From: Scyliorhinus canicula
Taxonomy: Eukaryota
Length of the DNA: 64,000 bases
Assembly: GCF_902713615.1 (NCBI RefSeq)
Contig: NC_052150.1
Coordinates: forward strand, 21,042,000-21,105,999
Reading direction: 5' to 3'
The notes under the pieces are model-generated. The model was not told the origin of the DNA. It made no database searches and saw only the letters and a program-made list of their open reading frames with translations. Position numbers and translations under genes: made by a program. Within the stretch, counting starts at the first letter, position 1; every line of letters starts with the position of its first letter. This document shows, piece after piece, positions 23,876 through 35,274 of this stretch.

Positions 23876-24212
23876 GGGGCCTCACGGTAGCATGGTGGTT
23901 AGCATCAATGCTTCACAGCTCCAGGGTCCCAGGTTCGATTCCCGGCTGGGTCACTGTCTGTGTGGAGTCTGCACGTCCTCCCCGTGTGCGCGTGGGTTTC
24001 CTCCGGGTGCTCCGGTTTCCTCCCACAGTCCAAAGATGTGCGGGTTAGGTGGATTGGCCATGCTAAATTGCCCGTAGTGTAACGTTAATGGGGGGATTGT
24101 TGGGTTACGGGTATACGGGTTACGTGGGTTTAAGTGGGGTGATCATTGTTCGGCACAACATCGAGGGCCGAAGGGCCTGTTCTGTGCTGTACTGTTCTAT
24201 GTTCTATGTTCT
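23876..24212 (+). mobile_element. HE1-like V-SINE with CR1-derived tail (young)
   Basis: Tail GAGGGCCGAAGGGCCTGTTCTGTGCTGTACTG(TTCTATG)n. Closely similar to 40041-40398 and 34997-35274. Confidence 0.92.
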
Positions 24213-24353
24213 AAGATCTAACAATGCTCCGCACAGATAATAATTGTTACGGCAACACAGAACTTTGGAGCCAAAGTTTGATTTAATCTGCAATAAAAAC
24301 AACCCCTCTCCCTTTTGATTCACTGCAAATTAGGTTTTGTGACATGTAGGGTA

Positions 24354-24532
24354 GCTCCGGTTTCATCCCACAAGTCCCGAAAGACATGCTGTTAGGTAAT
24401 TTGGACATTCTGAATTCTCCCTCCGTGTACCCGAATAGGCGGTGGAATGTGGCGACTAGGGCATTTTCACAGTAACTTCGTTGCAGTGTTAATGTAAGCT
24501 AACTTGTGACAATAAAGATCATTATTATTATA
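24354..24532 (+). mobile_element. 5'-truncated V-SINE with third tail type
   Basis: End of V-domain followed by GGAATGTGGCGACTAGGG..TTTTCACAGTAACTTC..TTGTGACAATAAAGAT(ATT)n. Confidence 0.8.
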
Positions 24533-24559
24533 ATCCCTCGATTACATCACCCTCACAGA

Positions 24560-24930
24560 ATCACAGAGTCGTGGCGCAGTAGGAAGCTAATTGGCCAATC
24601 ATGTGTGCACTGGCTCGCCCCTTCAACCTATTATATCAAAGGGAATACAATTCAAGTCTATGCAACTTGTCCTCGTATCTAAACACTTCAAACTCTGATA
24701 TCATTTGGTTGTATCTGTACTGTATTCCTTCAAAGGCCCACATATCCTTTCTGAGGTCCAGTGTCCACATTTGTATGCAGTCTGACCAAGGCACTGGACA
24801 ACTAAAGCATAATTTCTTCTGCTTTGTACTCCAACCCCCTTGACATAAAGGGCAACGTTCCATTAGTGAACCTTTTTAATTGCTTCTTATACCTGTGCAT
24901 TAGCTTTTAGTGATTTCTGTGCCAGGTCAA
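24560..24930 (-). mobile_element. CR1 LINE fragment
   Basis: ORF 24636-24863: IQMWTLDLRKDMWAFEGIQYRYNQMISE...YEDKLHRLELYSL. Confidence 0.75.
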
Positions 24931-25572
24931 CGTTCTCATCACTTCAGTCATTGAGGTGTCGGACTATACAGTTTAATATGGAATTACAAACAAAATGGAC
25001 AATTCAGGTCAGTTTTTGTGCACATATCTTATTGCTATCAAACTGCTGCCAGAGTCCTCAGTCCAGAAAAATGGAGCGGGGAAGAAAGAAATCTGAAGAA
25101 TGACCAATCGTTTTCTTTGCAATGACGTCAATGGCAAAGAAACATTCACATTTATTTGTGTGTCGTGAAACCAAAAACATTTTGACACCAATTGAATAAC
25201 CACATTACAGACTTTGGCAATCAGAGAAAAAAACAAATATTTTAACAAAGATGTTGCCTGTTGAACAAGATTCTGAAAATAAAGTAAATAAATGTCAAAT
25301 GTAACAGTTAGTTCATATATTTCATCTGTTCAGTTTCAATTGCACATATTTGTAACAAATCTATGGATTACTGGATTATTTTATCAGCATTAAATAAATC
25401 CAAGTGAATATTTTCAACTCTGTGTTGCCATCTATAATCAGACGATGACACGATTTCGTTGCAGGCTGATTCACAGACATGAAATTCTATACCATTAAAA
25501 AAAAAATTACTTTTTATGTCTTCACAATAGCTGTTAGCCATGTGTGCATTTGGACATGAAATTCCCTTCGAT

Positions 25573-26155
25573 CAGGCATTTTCAAAGTGTGAGTCGCGAT
25601 CCGTGGGTGGGCCTCGGGCGGATGTCGGGAGGGTCGCGGAGCCATCCATCACTGCGTTCCCGATCGCGGAAATTCACACGCAACAGCCGCAGCAACCGGC
25701 TATTAACAATGCCAGCTCTGAGCGGCTTTAAAAATGACGGCCGCGACCAGCTGAAGAAATGCGGGCGCACAGCGCATGCATGCCCACTCATCAGTGCGTA
25801 TGTGCGGAGCCCAGCGAGAAGAATTTTGAAAAAATTCAATGCAATCTTCCTGCCTGAAGCGTGGCAGAGAGCAGGTCACGTGGCCCCGAACGCTGACATC
25901 ACGTGCATTGGGCGCAATTGCGAATCCTCTATTTTGTCAGCAGAAAACAAGTAAATGAGGACCAAGTAGGCTCACCTCTCGGATTGAAGGTAAGAGAAAA
26001 TGGTGGGTCACGAATGTCGGCCGGCGTGGGGCACAAAGGTCAGCCGTCGTGGGTCGCGAAGGTTGGCTGGCGTGAGTCACTAAGGTCGGCCGGCGTGGGT
26101 CCCGAAGGAAAAAAAGTAAAAATGGGTCCCCCAAGAAAAAGTTTGAAAAACACTG
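25573..26155. mobile_element. hAT (Charlie-like) non-autonomous element
   Basis: Ends CAGGCATTTTCAAAG / GTTTGAAAAACACTG with repeated GGGTCGCG/GGGTCCC subterminal motifs. The 8-bp flanks CCTTCGAT/CCTTAATT match 5/8. Confidence 0.7.
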
Positions 26156-27249
26156 CCTTAATTGCTACACAGTTCCTAGTTATTTTCCACAAAGAAAATA
26201 TACCAGTTTGTTTTCTAAATTCGTCGACCTCTCAATTTCCACATTGAGCTCCGTTTGCTATGTTTTGCTTACACGCTTAATCTGTCTCTGTCTATTTGAA
26301 ACATATTCCTCCCATCTAATACAATTTAACTTAATTTAATCTGCAAAATTTGAAATGTAACTTGTTATTCCTTCATCCAAGTTGTTGCTAAACATGATGA
26401 AATACTGAAGCACCAAGCCTAATCTTTGGAGAATAGCACGGGGGTGTGGGGGGTGGTGGGGGGTCTGGTTTATGGAGGTGACGGGTGGGTAAAGGGGGGG
26501 TAGTTACTCAGCTGCTGGTTGGAGAGGCGAGAAGAGATCTGTGTCGCCCCCCCATGGGGAAAGCTTGCCAAATTACGAGCCAATCAGGTCATTAGCCGGC
26601 CATTGGTGGACCTTCCACAGGGTCAGACCCCAGGTTGGGGAGGGGGAGGATGTCCTGCACCCTGAGAGAGAAAGTGCCAGGGTCCCCATCCACTATCATC
26701 TCGCCAAATTAAACAGTCTCCATGCCCCCAAACTCCCTACGAGGAGGGCATAAAATATCGCCCCATTTTTCAGAAGGACTAGTTGTTTGGTTTCTTCTAC
26801 GATTGCTGTGCTGCAGACAGTGAATGAAGTCATGAGGCAAGAGGATTTGGGGAAAGTTGACCACACTCCCTCAATGGGAACAGGCCAGTAATTTTCCACC
26901 CCTTCCCCTCTCAATAGTGTTTGGCCCTGATCCTTTGGGTTTTCTCTTAGAAAGAGATGCAATGAAACTGTTATCCCTCTCTTCTGTAGCTTGTCTCACT
27001 CCTATTATGGGTGAGTTTCTCCTGCAGAGTGAAAATAAGTATTTTACCAAGGGGACATCCTGCTGTCCATATGAATTTACCAACTGTCTAAGGTTTATAT
27101 GGTAGCAGTAGCGAGCATCAGGTTGTGACAGGGAGAGCGTTGTTAGGAGGACATTTCAGGGTGCAAGAAATAAACATGTTAAAATATTCCTTGTTTCCTA
27201 TGAGCAACCATAGAAAGTTGCAAAAGAACTAAGAAATTGGATGGAAGGG

Positions 27250-27511
27250 TGTGGTAGTATGACTAGGGGTACTACGGTACCTGGGAGTGTGAGCTGCTAT
27301 TGGTGTAGAAGGCTCGCTACCCATTGGCCCAAGTGTTGTCTTCTCATTGGTCGAGAGGAAGGTAGCTCCGCCTATGAGGCGGAGTATAAGAACCTGTGTT
27401 TCCCAGCAGCCATTGTTCTTTCTGTACTCCTGCTGCTGGGCACACTTCTTGTAGATTAAAGCCTTCGATTCGGACTAGTCCTTTGTTTCTGTGTTCATTG
27501 ATCACGCATCA
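27250..27511 (+). mobile_element. Solo LTR (262 bp)
   Basis: TG...CA termini, perfect 5-bp TSD AAGGG (27245-27249 and 27512-27516), TATAAG and ATTAAA. Confidence 0.9.
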
Positions 27512-27513
27512 AA

Positions 27514-27729
27514 GGGTAGCACGGTTGTGCAGTGCTGCCTCACGGTGCCGAGGTCCCAGGTTCAATCCCAGCTCTGGGTCACCGTTCGTGTGGAGTTTGC
27601 ACATTCTCCCCGTGTTTGCGTAATTTTCGCCCCCACAACCCAAAGATGTGCAGGGTGGGTGGATTGGCCACGCTAAATTGCCTCTTAATTGGAAAAAATT
27701 AATTGGGTATTCTAAATTTATTTTTTTTA
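27514..27729 (+). mobile_element. Short-tail V-SINE, its 5' end hit by the solo LTR
   Basis: 15-bp TSD AAGAAATTGGATGGA at 27231-27245 and 27730-27744 encloses both the LTR and the SINE. Confidence 0.9.
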
Positions 27730-28859
27730 AAGAAATTGGATGGAGGCAATCGCAGGAGAGATCGTTTTCACAGCTGAACCAATGATGGATTTCAGAACTC
27801 AGGAAGTCATTACATCGCAGGCAAGTCTAGGCCTAGGCATTGGAGTCAGGTGGTTACTCTTGGCCTAGTCAATTGTCCACCTCTTCATGGATCATGGCAG
27901 CTCACTGGAACACTGGGAGGAGGACACCGATCCTGAGCTAAAATTGTTCCTGTACCATGTTGGCCGCTCAAATAAAAAAACTGCTCCCTTGACTGCTTAA
28001 GGATATTTTTCAAATGCTCCAATACACTCAATGCACTGCTTCATGCATGGAAAGTGGACTGGCATTTGAAGCATTGCAACAACACCCACTGGGTGAGCTC
28101 CAAAAACTTATATACTCCCACTTGACCACTCAGGTGGGGAATAATCCCTCCGTGCCAGCCTCCCACTGGCAACCTAAAATCTGTGCTGAGCTTCAAGCCA
28201 GACCCCAACGTGCACTCCTTTCTTGATTGGTCGCCGAGTTCCGAAATGAATTACTACTATATCGTATAATTAGTTTGTGCATCTTAATACAGCTTGATTA
28301 TTCTTCCACCGAGACAATGCACACAATATCAATGGTATAATTTATAAATCCCCTGATTATACTCAAATTACTTGAATCAGCTGTGCGGGCAAACCTAATG
28401 CGTTATAGTCTTGCCAATTTTTTCTGTGAAGTAAATAAGACTTTAACCCTTTTGCGTCTATTGAGAATGGGCAATAGGATTAGAATTGGAGGAGCATCTT
28501 TACTTTCATTTTTGTACAGTGCGCTTGCCTGCCCCCATTTTAAATCCAGGGTTTCAGGAGGCATTTATGAGGCCTGTTAGATGAGGGCATCACAAAAATA
28601 TAAAAACATTTAGGGACCCATCATTATTCTAACTCAGTATTTCGCAAGTCATGTTGAGTTCTTGAGCACCACTGAAACTTATCAGTAAAAAGGAACTAGG
28701 CCAGGATGAGCTCAGAAAAATGGATGGGGAAAAGAAACCTCGGGGTGCTCCTCTCCCAGACTCCACGAGACCATGGTTGCCCCTGGACTCCACCATCACC
28801 ATCAATACTCTGCCAGGAGCCATTGCCCCTAAGCCCCCGACTGCAGCCTTCTGCTCCCG

Positions 28860-29330
28860 CATTTCCCACGTGGAAAGTTAGGAGGCTGACCAGGAAAGCA
28901 TTGATACTGTCGGGTTTGAAGGACGGTTTTGTGGGCGAGGGTTTCAAACAGGAGATCGGACGAAGCAGGGGTGAGGCAAGCGATGTTATGCAATATGGAA
29001 GCAAATGGTCTTTGTGCTGGAGAGGGTGGTAGGTGGGGAGACAAATGTCAGCTCAAGGTCAGATAGGAGGCTGAGTATGCAAATAGTCAACAGCCAGGAA
29101 TGGGGATGGAATTGGTGGCTAGGGAATGCAGTTTGTGGTGGAGGTTGAAGAGAATAGCTTTTGTGGAATTTAGGCTCATCCAGATCTGAATTGTGGCTAA
29201 GTAACATATTGAAGAATTAATCCTGGGGGGGTCTCCAAATGCAATGGTGCACGAATGGGAAGACAAGCCTTTGCTGAAGATTTGCTGGTTACAACTGGAT
29301 AAATTAGTGCAGAACCAGGCTTGGCAAAGG
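28860..29330 (-). mobile_element. Old L2-like LINE fragment
   Basis: Minus strand reads ..TKTICFHIA.HRLPHPC.., resembling the decayed L2 motif TKTAYFHLRNIARLRP. Confidence 0.5.
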
Positions 29331-29499
29331 AGGAGGATGTCAATATCTGTTCTTGCTTTATAAAATCATTTTATTTCACAAACCGGTGAACACACAGAGT
29401 AAACAAGGGGATATTTTTACATCCCACGGGTGGAAATGATGCAGGTGGTGGGGGGGGGGCTATAATTGCCAGGGAGGATTGCCCATGTGTTCACAATGA

Positions 29500-29960
29500 G
29501 TTCTTGCCTCTCCCCACTATTGTCGTTGTCTCTCTCCCTAATTTCAGATGCTAAAAATGTGTATGTCTCTGTGGCTGTGGGGCAAGAGGAAGCCATCCTT
29601 CCTGAAAATGAAGCTCAGCTCAATCTCACCCAGGCCAGCACCAGCTACGTTGCTGGCACCATGCACACTATAAAGATTAAATGAGCAGAGCGTTTGTCAC
29701 GTGGTGAATCGCTGGTCATAATTGTACAGAAGGCAGGACAGGGGGATAAGATGCCATTGTTGTCAATTGGCCAGAAGGAGAAATCACATACTAGTTCTGC
29801 TGCAGAAGACTCGGATCCCGGCAGGGTAGGTTCAGGCTATCAACGAATGCTGATGAGGGCACATCAGGAAATGCTAAGTGTACTGAACAGCCTGCCAGCA
29901 AGCATGCACACATGGGTTCAGAACATGGTGAGGTCCAGCTTGTTTTGGGACTTCACACAA
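29500..29960 (+). mobile_element. Decayed Harbinger Myb/SANT-like gene C-terminal remnant
   Basis: ORF 29694-30038 segment HTSSAAEDSD...YQRMLMRAHQEMLSVLNSLPASM (start of the helical region), preceded by an intron-like acceptor at about 29547. Confidence 0.45.
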
Positions 29961-30171
29961 TCCAAACAGATCATTGGTCTAAAGTGTTTAACTTCATTAA
30001 CACTGCAGCATGATTTCAGCATGTATTTCAGCATTTAGTACTTTGTATGTTATCTTAGTTTAATAATTTGGTTATAGGTTTTAAAGGGAGTTTGAATGAA
30101 AATAATAATGAGCTAAATGGTGCGATAAATGATTGCTGAAAATAGATTTGTTTAAAGCTAATATCACACCA

Positions 30172-30329
30172 GGGGTGGGATTCCCCAGCCTCCCAGCCAC
30201 GTGTTTCTTGGCAGCGGGAGGTGGCGCGTCGTTGGCTGGCAGCGGGATTCTCTGTTCCGCCACTGACAATGGGAATTCCTTTAAAACCATTCCTCGTCAC
30301 CGGGAAACCCTCGGACAGAATTCCGGCCC
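30172..30329. mobile_element. Short Harbinger-type MITE
   Basis: GGGGTGGGATTCCCC / CAGAATTCCGGCCC degenerate TIRs. Confidence 0.7.
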
Positions 30330-30639
30330 ATAGCTTTCACAGAAACTAACTTTAGATGATCATTCTGGAGCACAAGCCTAAAAAAAAGGCTCATTTTTTC
30401 CTTTCTTTCTGAGGCCGACCTGCTTCTACTTCATATCGTGAGGAACGGCGAGGTATGAAAAATATCTCAACTGGAGCAGCAATGTTTGGGGTTTCTTAAC
30501 TTCTCAGGTCATCACCTTTGAAGTTTTTATTTAAATTAGAAATCATTGAGGCCATGGTTTGTCCTCATTATGGAGCTATGTTCTCAATGGTTTTTAAAGA
30601 GAACCAGAAAGTCGCCTCTGCTTTTGTTCAAATACTGAG

Positions 30640-31170
30640 GATTAGGAAATCTGAAATAAAACAGAAAATGCTCCTGCCACAACGTTCCAATGAAGCGCAA
30701 CACAAATTGGGGGGGAGGCAGTACCTTATCTTCCAATCAAGTACTTTCCAACCTTCTGGACCTAACATTGAGTTCAACAACTTCAGACCATGAACTCTCT
30801 CATCTATTTTAATATTGTTTGCCCCCAATCCTCTCCGTTCACAGGATCAATCCACAACTTGTTTTTTATGTTTTGTTTTCAGAGGATGCTGATCCTTGTT
30901 CTGCAATTAATACATTCGACTACCTGACCTTTACGCCACTATTAGCACCTGCTTTAGTCTTTAGCACTGTCGTTACCATTCCCTTTGCCTTGTATCCATG
31001 ACAACATTGTCAAATCTCTCCTGAGCTCCCACCTATCCCTGATCTTCTACTTTGCGCCACCTGCTCTACCCCCCCCTCTCTTCAACAGTATAAAATCCAT
31101 CACATTTCTCCCTGTCTGCGGCTCGGAAGAAGAGTCATGTGAACATGGCTGCTCTCCTTCTGAGGTAGCT
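30640..31170 (+). mobile_element. Penelope-like element 3' fragment
   Basis: QYLIFQSSTFQPSGPNIEFNNFR* (end of a GIY-YIG endonuclease), followed by a pyrimidine-rich UTR and GAAGAAGAGTCAT. Confidence 0.75.
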
Positions 31171-31329
31171 TGAGGTCTTGAACACAGCAGTGATGTTCAG
31201 CTGTGCACTTGGTTTGTCCCTTTCAGGCTATTTGCACTTTCCAGCCAAATCCAGGTAATTTGTAGCAACTTGTAAATTGCTACGTCAATTAGGTAGCTAT
31301 TGTACTCACCTGTAAATTCCACACTTCAA

Positions 31330-32430
31330 ACATGGCATGTTAAGTGAGTGGGAAAAAATTTGGCAGATGGTACATAATGTGAGAAAATAAGAACTTGTCC
31401 ACTTTGGCTGGTAGAATAGAAAAGCAGGATATTATTTAAATAGATAGAGAGACTGCAGATACTGTGGTACAGGGGGACCTGGGTGTTATTGTACATGAAT
31501 CGCAAAAGGTCGTATGCTGGTTCAACAAGTGATTAGGAAGACAGAGGGAATATTTGCCTTTGTTACAAGGGAGATGGAGTATAATGGTGGAGAATTCTTG
31601 CTACACCTATACAGGGTATTGTTTTAAAAAAAATAATTTTAAAAAATAACTTTAGAGTACCCAATTCATTTTTTCCAATTAAGGGGCAAATTAGCTTGAC
31701 CAATCCACCTACCCTTCACATCTTTTGTATTGTGGGGGCGAAACCCACGCAAACACGGGGAGAATGTGAAAACTCCACACGGACAGTGACCCAGAGCTGG
31801 GATTGAACCTGGGACCCCGGTGCCTTGAGACTGCAGTGCTAACCACTGCACCACCGTACTGCCCTGTTCAGGGCATTACTGAGACCTCACCGAGAGTACT
31901 GTGTAGTTTTGGGCGCCTTATTTAAGAAGCGGCATACTTGCATTGGAAGAAGGTTCACTAGACTGATTTCTGGGATGAGCGGTTTGTCTTGGGAGGAATG
32001 ATTGAGGCGGTTGTGACTACACTTACTGGCGTTGAAGAATGAGAGATGATCTTATTGAAACATATAAGATTTTGAGGAGGCTTAACAAAGTAGATGCTGA
32101 AGGAATGCTTCCTCTCATGGGTGAATCTCAAACAAGGGGAAACACTTTCAGAATAAGGTGGCTCCCATTTAGGAAAGAAATGAGGAGGAATTTCTTCCCT
32201 CAGATGAACATTAGTGTTTGGAATTCTCTTACCCAGCAAGCAGTGGAGGCTGGGCCATTGAATCTACTAAAGGTTAAGTTGGACACAGTTTTGATTGACA
32301 AGACAGTCAAACATTATGAGGGTTGGCAGGAAGTGGAGTTAAGGTCACTGCCAAATTAGCCATGATCTTATTGAATGGCAGAGCAATTTTTAAGGGCCGC
32401 ATGGCCTTCTCCTGCTTCTGTTTCTTATGC
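31330..32430 (+). mobile_element. CR1 LINE 3' fragment with a short-tail SINE (31625-31866, minus strand) inserted
   Basis: ORF 32039-32359 MRDDLIETYKILR...RRNFFPQ...WNSL, followed by CR1 3'UTR. The SINE is flanked by CAGGGTATT/CAGGGCATT. Confidence 0.88.
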
Positions 32431-33949
32431 ATCCACTTAGGAAGTGAGCTTCGAATGCGATAACCAGGAAATATCTAAGATTTGAAAAAGAAACCAATTT
32501 GTATCCTTCTGTTCTTACCTAATATCTCCTAATAATGATACCTGTACTCAGTGTTAACAAAATATGTGACTTGTTGCAATCTCTGCCAGCTACAATATAT
32601 TATCTGATACATCTCTCTAATTCTGATGAAGAATCAAGTGGACATGAAACATTAACTCTGTTTTTCTTCTCTCCAGGTGCTGCAGGATCTGCTGACTTTT
32701 CCAGCATTTGCTGTTCTTCTTTCAGATTTCAGCACCCGCATTATTTTGTTGACTTAAATTTTAATGTTTTGAATTGTGAAGCAGCCAAGGTAACATAGAA
32801 TGATTCGGCACAGAATGTGGCCATTCGTACCACCATGCCTCTGCATTGATACTCAATTCTTCTGCCTTTTCCCGTTTCCCTGCAAATAATCCTCTGCAAG
32901 GATTGATCCACTTGCCTTTGATAGTTATTATTGATCTGCTTTTGTCACCCTTTCGAACAGCGCACTCCACATCATAACAGCTTGCTGCTTTAAATAACTC
33001 CCGTTCGCTCCACTCTGGCTCTTTTGCCAGTTACCGTGAACCTGTGACCCCTGTGGTTACTGACCCCTTTGCCAGGGGAAACAATTTCTCTCGGTTTATC
33101 AATACTCATCATTTTGAATCTGTGTTGGCTTGAGGCAATCCCAGGTAGACGGTAGCCAGTGGCGGACTGGGTCTAAAAATATTGGTTGCCAGGAGACAAA
33201 GGGGGCCCACCCACAACTACAATGCTATCATTTAATTTTCATAACGAATAAATAAAATTAAAAAAAAATACATATGGAAAAAAGGGTACAATTAAGATTT
33301 TTGTGGAAAAAATGTGTATTTCTTAGTAATTACAGTGTACATGTACTGTACATATTACTGGCAGTAGATACCAAATGTAAATACAGAATGTTATAATTGA
33401 ATTTTTTATTTATTTTTTTCAATTTTAAGTAATTGGTTGATATTTTTAAATAGTTTACTGCACAATTTACACATTAACAGATAGTTCAAAAGCACAATAC
33501 AGCATTGCATGCAGTCCACTATATTAAGAGCAATCGTTTGTGTTCACTAGATGATTGTGCGAATCTGCCAATAATTGCTTCTGCATCCAATTCATCTAAC
33601 AATTCCTTTTCAATGGATAGCAACATGTATGATTCCAAATTCTCCTCAGACAGCGAATTTCTTAACCTTGTCTTTATGATCTTTAGCTCTGAAAATGTCC
33701 TCTCACATTGGACTTGAGTAACTGATAGTGTGCAGATGACTTTATAAAGTTCATAAAGGTTATCATATGCCTTGTCATAAAGTCTGTTGGATGCCAGAAT
33801 TTTTAGTACACACGATGGGCAAGTGCTGCAAATTTTACAATTGTTGCAACTGGAATCCATATTCTCAACATCATTAAGCAATAGCTTTAATACATCAAAG
33901 TTTTGAAGCAAAAGAAAACAATTCCAATATTAGTTGATCTTTGCTGATG

Positions 33950-34687
33950 CCGCTGTTCAGAGAGACTTGGGTGTGCTAGTGCATGAGTCACAGAAGGTTG
34001 GTTTACAAGTGCAACAGGTGATTAAGAAGGCAAATGGAATTTTGTCCTTCATTGCTAGAGGGATGGAGTTTAAGACTAGGGAGGTTATGTTGCAATTGTA
34101 TAAGGTGTTAGTGCGGCCACACCTGGAGTATTGTGTTCAGTTTTGGTCTCCTTACTTGAGAAAGGACGTACTGGCGCTGGAGGGTGTGCAGAGGAGATTC
34201 ACTAGGTTAATCCCAGAGCTGAAGGGGTTGGATTATGAGGAGAGGTTGTGTAGACTGGGACTGTACTCGTTGGAATTTAGAAGAATGAGGGGGGATCTTA
34301 TAGAAACATTTAAAATTATGAAGGGAATAGATAGGATAGTTGCGGGCAGGTTGTTTTCACTGGCGGGTGACAGCAGAACTAGGGGACATAGCCTCAAAAT
34401 AAGGGGAAGTAGATTTAGGACTGAGTTTAGGAGGAACTTCTTCACCCAAAGTGTTGTGAATCTATGGAATTCCTTGCCCAGTGAAGCAGTTGAGGCTCCT
34501 TCATTACATGTTTTTAAGGTAAAGATAGATAGTTTTTTGAAGAATAAAGGGATTAAGGGTTATGGTGTTCGGGCCGGAAAGTGGAGCTGAGTCCACAAAA
34601 GATCAGCCATGATCTAATTGAATGGCGGAGCAGGCTCGAGGGGCCAGATGGCCTACTCCTGCTCCTAGTTCTTATGTTCTTATGTTC
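33950..34687 (+). mobile_element. Young 5'-truncated CR1 LINE inside the hAT element
   Basis: Uninterrupted ORF2 C-terminus (QRDLGVLV...LVRPHLEYCVQFWSPYLRKD...RGDLIETFKI...RRNFFTQ), intact 3'UTR and (TTCTTATG)n tail. Confidence 0.95.
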
Positions 34688-34996
34688 ATCTTCAAGGCCC
34701 TTCTCTGCAATAGTTTTAAACTTTGCTGGGTCCAAGCAGGACAAATCTTTATACAACTGTTCGTGTTGTACAAAGCGTGATTCTAGTGACTGGACAATGC
34801 GATCCATTATTAGGTTAAACACATTTACTCGAAAATCAGCTAGAGAATCTGAGGAATTTCTTTCATCATCAATAAGCTCATCTGCCATTCTTTTCTTCTT
34901 CCTCTGCCTCTTAACTGGCAATGCTGTTTCCAACGCATCAATTTCCAATGTTTGATTTTCATCCATATTCATCTGTGAAATCCTGCCGAGCAATGA

Positions 34997-35274
34997 TAAC
35001 CCTACTCAAACCCACATATCCACCCTATACCCGTAACCCAACAACCCCCCCTTAACCTTACTGTTTAGGACACTACGGGCAATTTAGCATGGCCAATCCA
35101 CCTAACCCGCACATCTTTGGACTGTGGGAGGAAACTGGAGCACCCGGAGGAAACCCACGCACACACGGCGAGGACGTGCAGACTCCACACAGACAGTGAC
35201 CCAGCCGGGAATCGAACCTGGGACCCTGGAGCTGTGAAGCATTTGTGCTATCCACCATGCTACCGTGCTGCCCC
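34997..35274 (-). mobile_element. HE1-like V-SINE lacking its tail, inside the hAT element
   Basis: Head and V-domain are intact. It stops in ...GGGTTATCATTGCTCGGCA with no TSD. Confidence 0.9.

Noticed and set aside
23876-23950. tRNA genes
   Set aside because: A/B-box heads continue directly into SINE bodies, so they are not standalone tRNAs.
26951-27010. Plus-strand leader-like exon (MKLLSLSSVACLTPIM, phase-1 GTGAGT donor) suggesting an Ig/TCR V gene
   Set aside because: No V-domain exon or recombination signal sequence was seen downstream, and the peptide is weakly hydrophobic. Probably a chance match.
30414-30452. Plus-strand 39-nt exon-like segment (ADLLLLHIVRNGE)
   Set aside because: Rare GAG acceptor and isolated; insufficient support.
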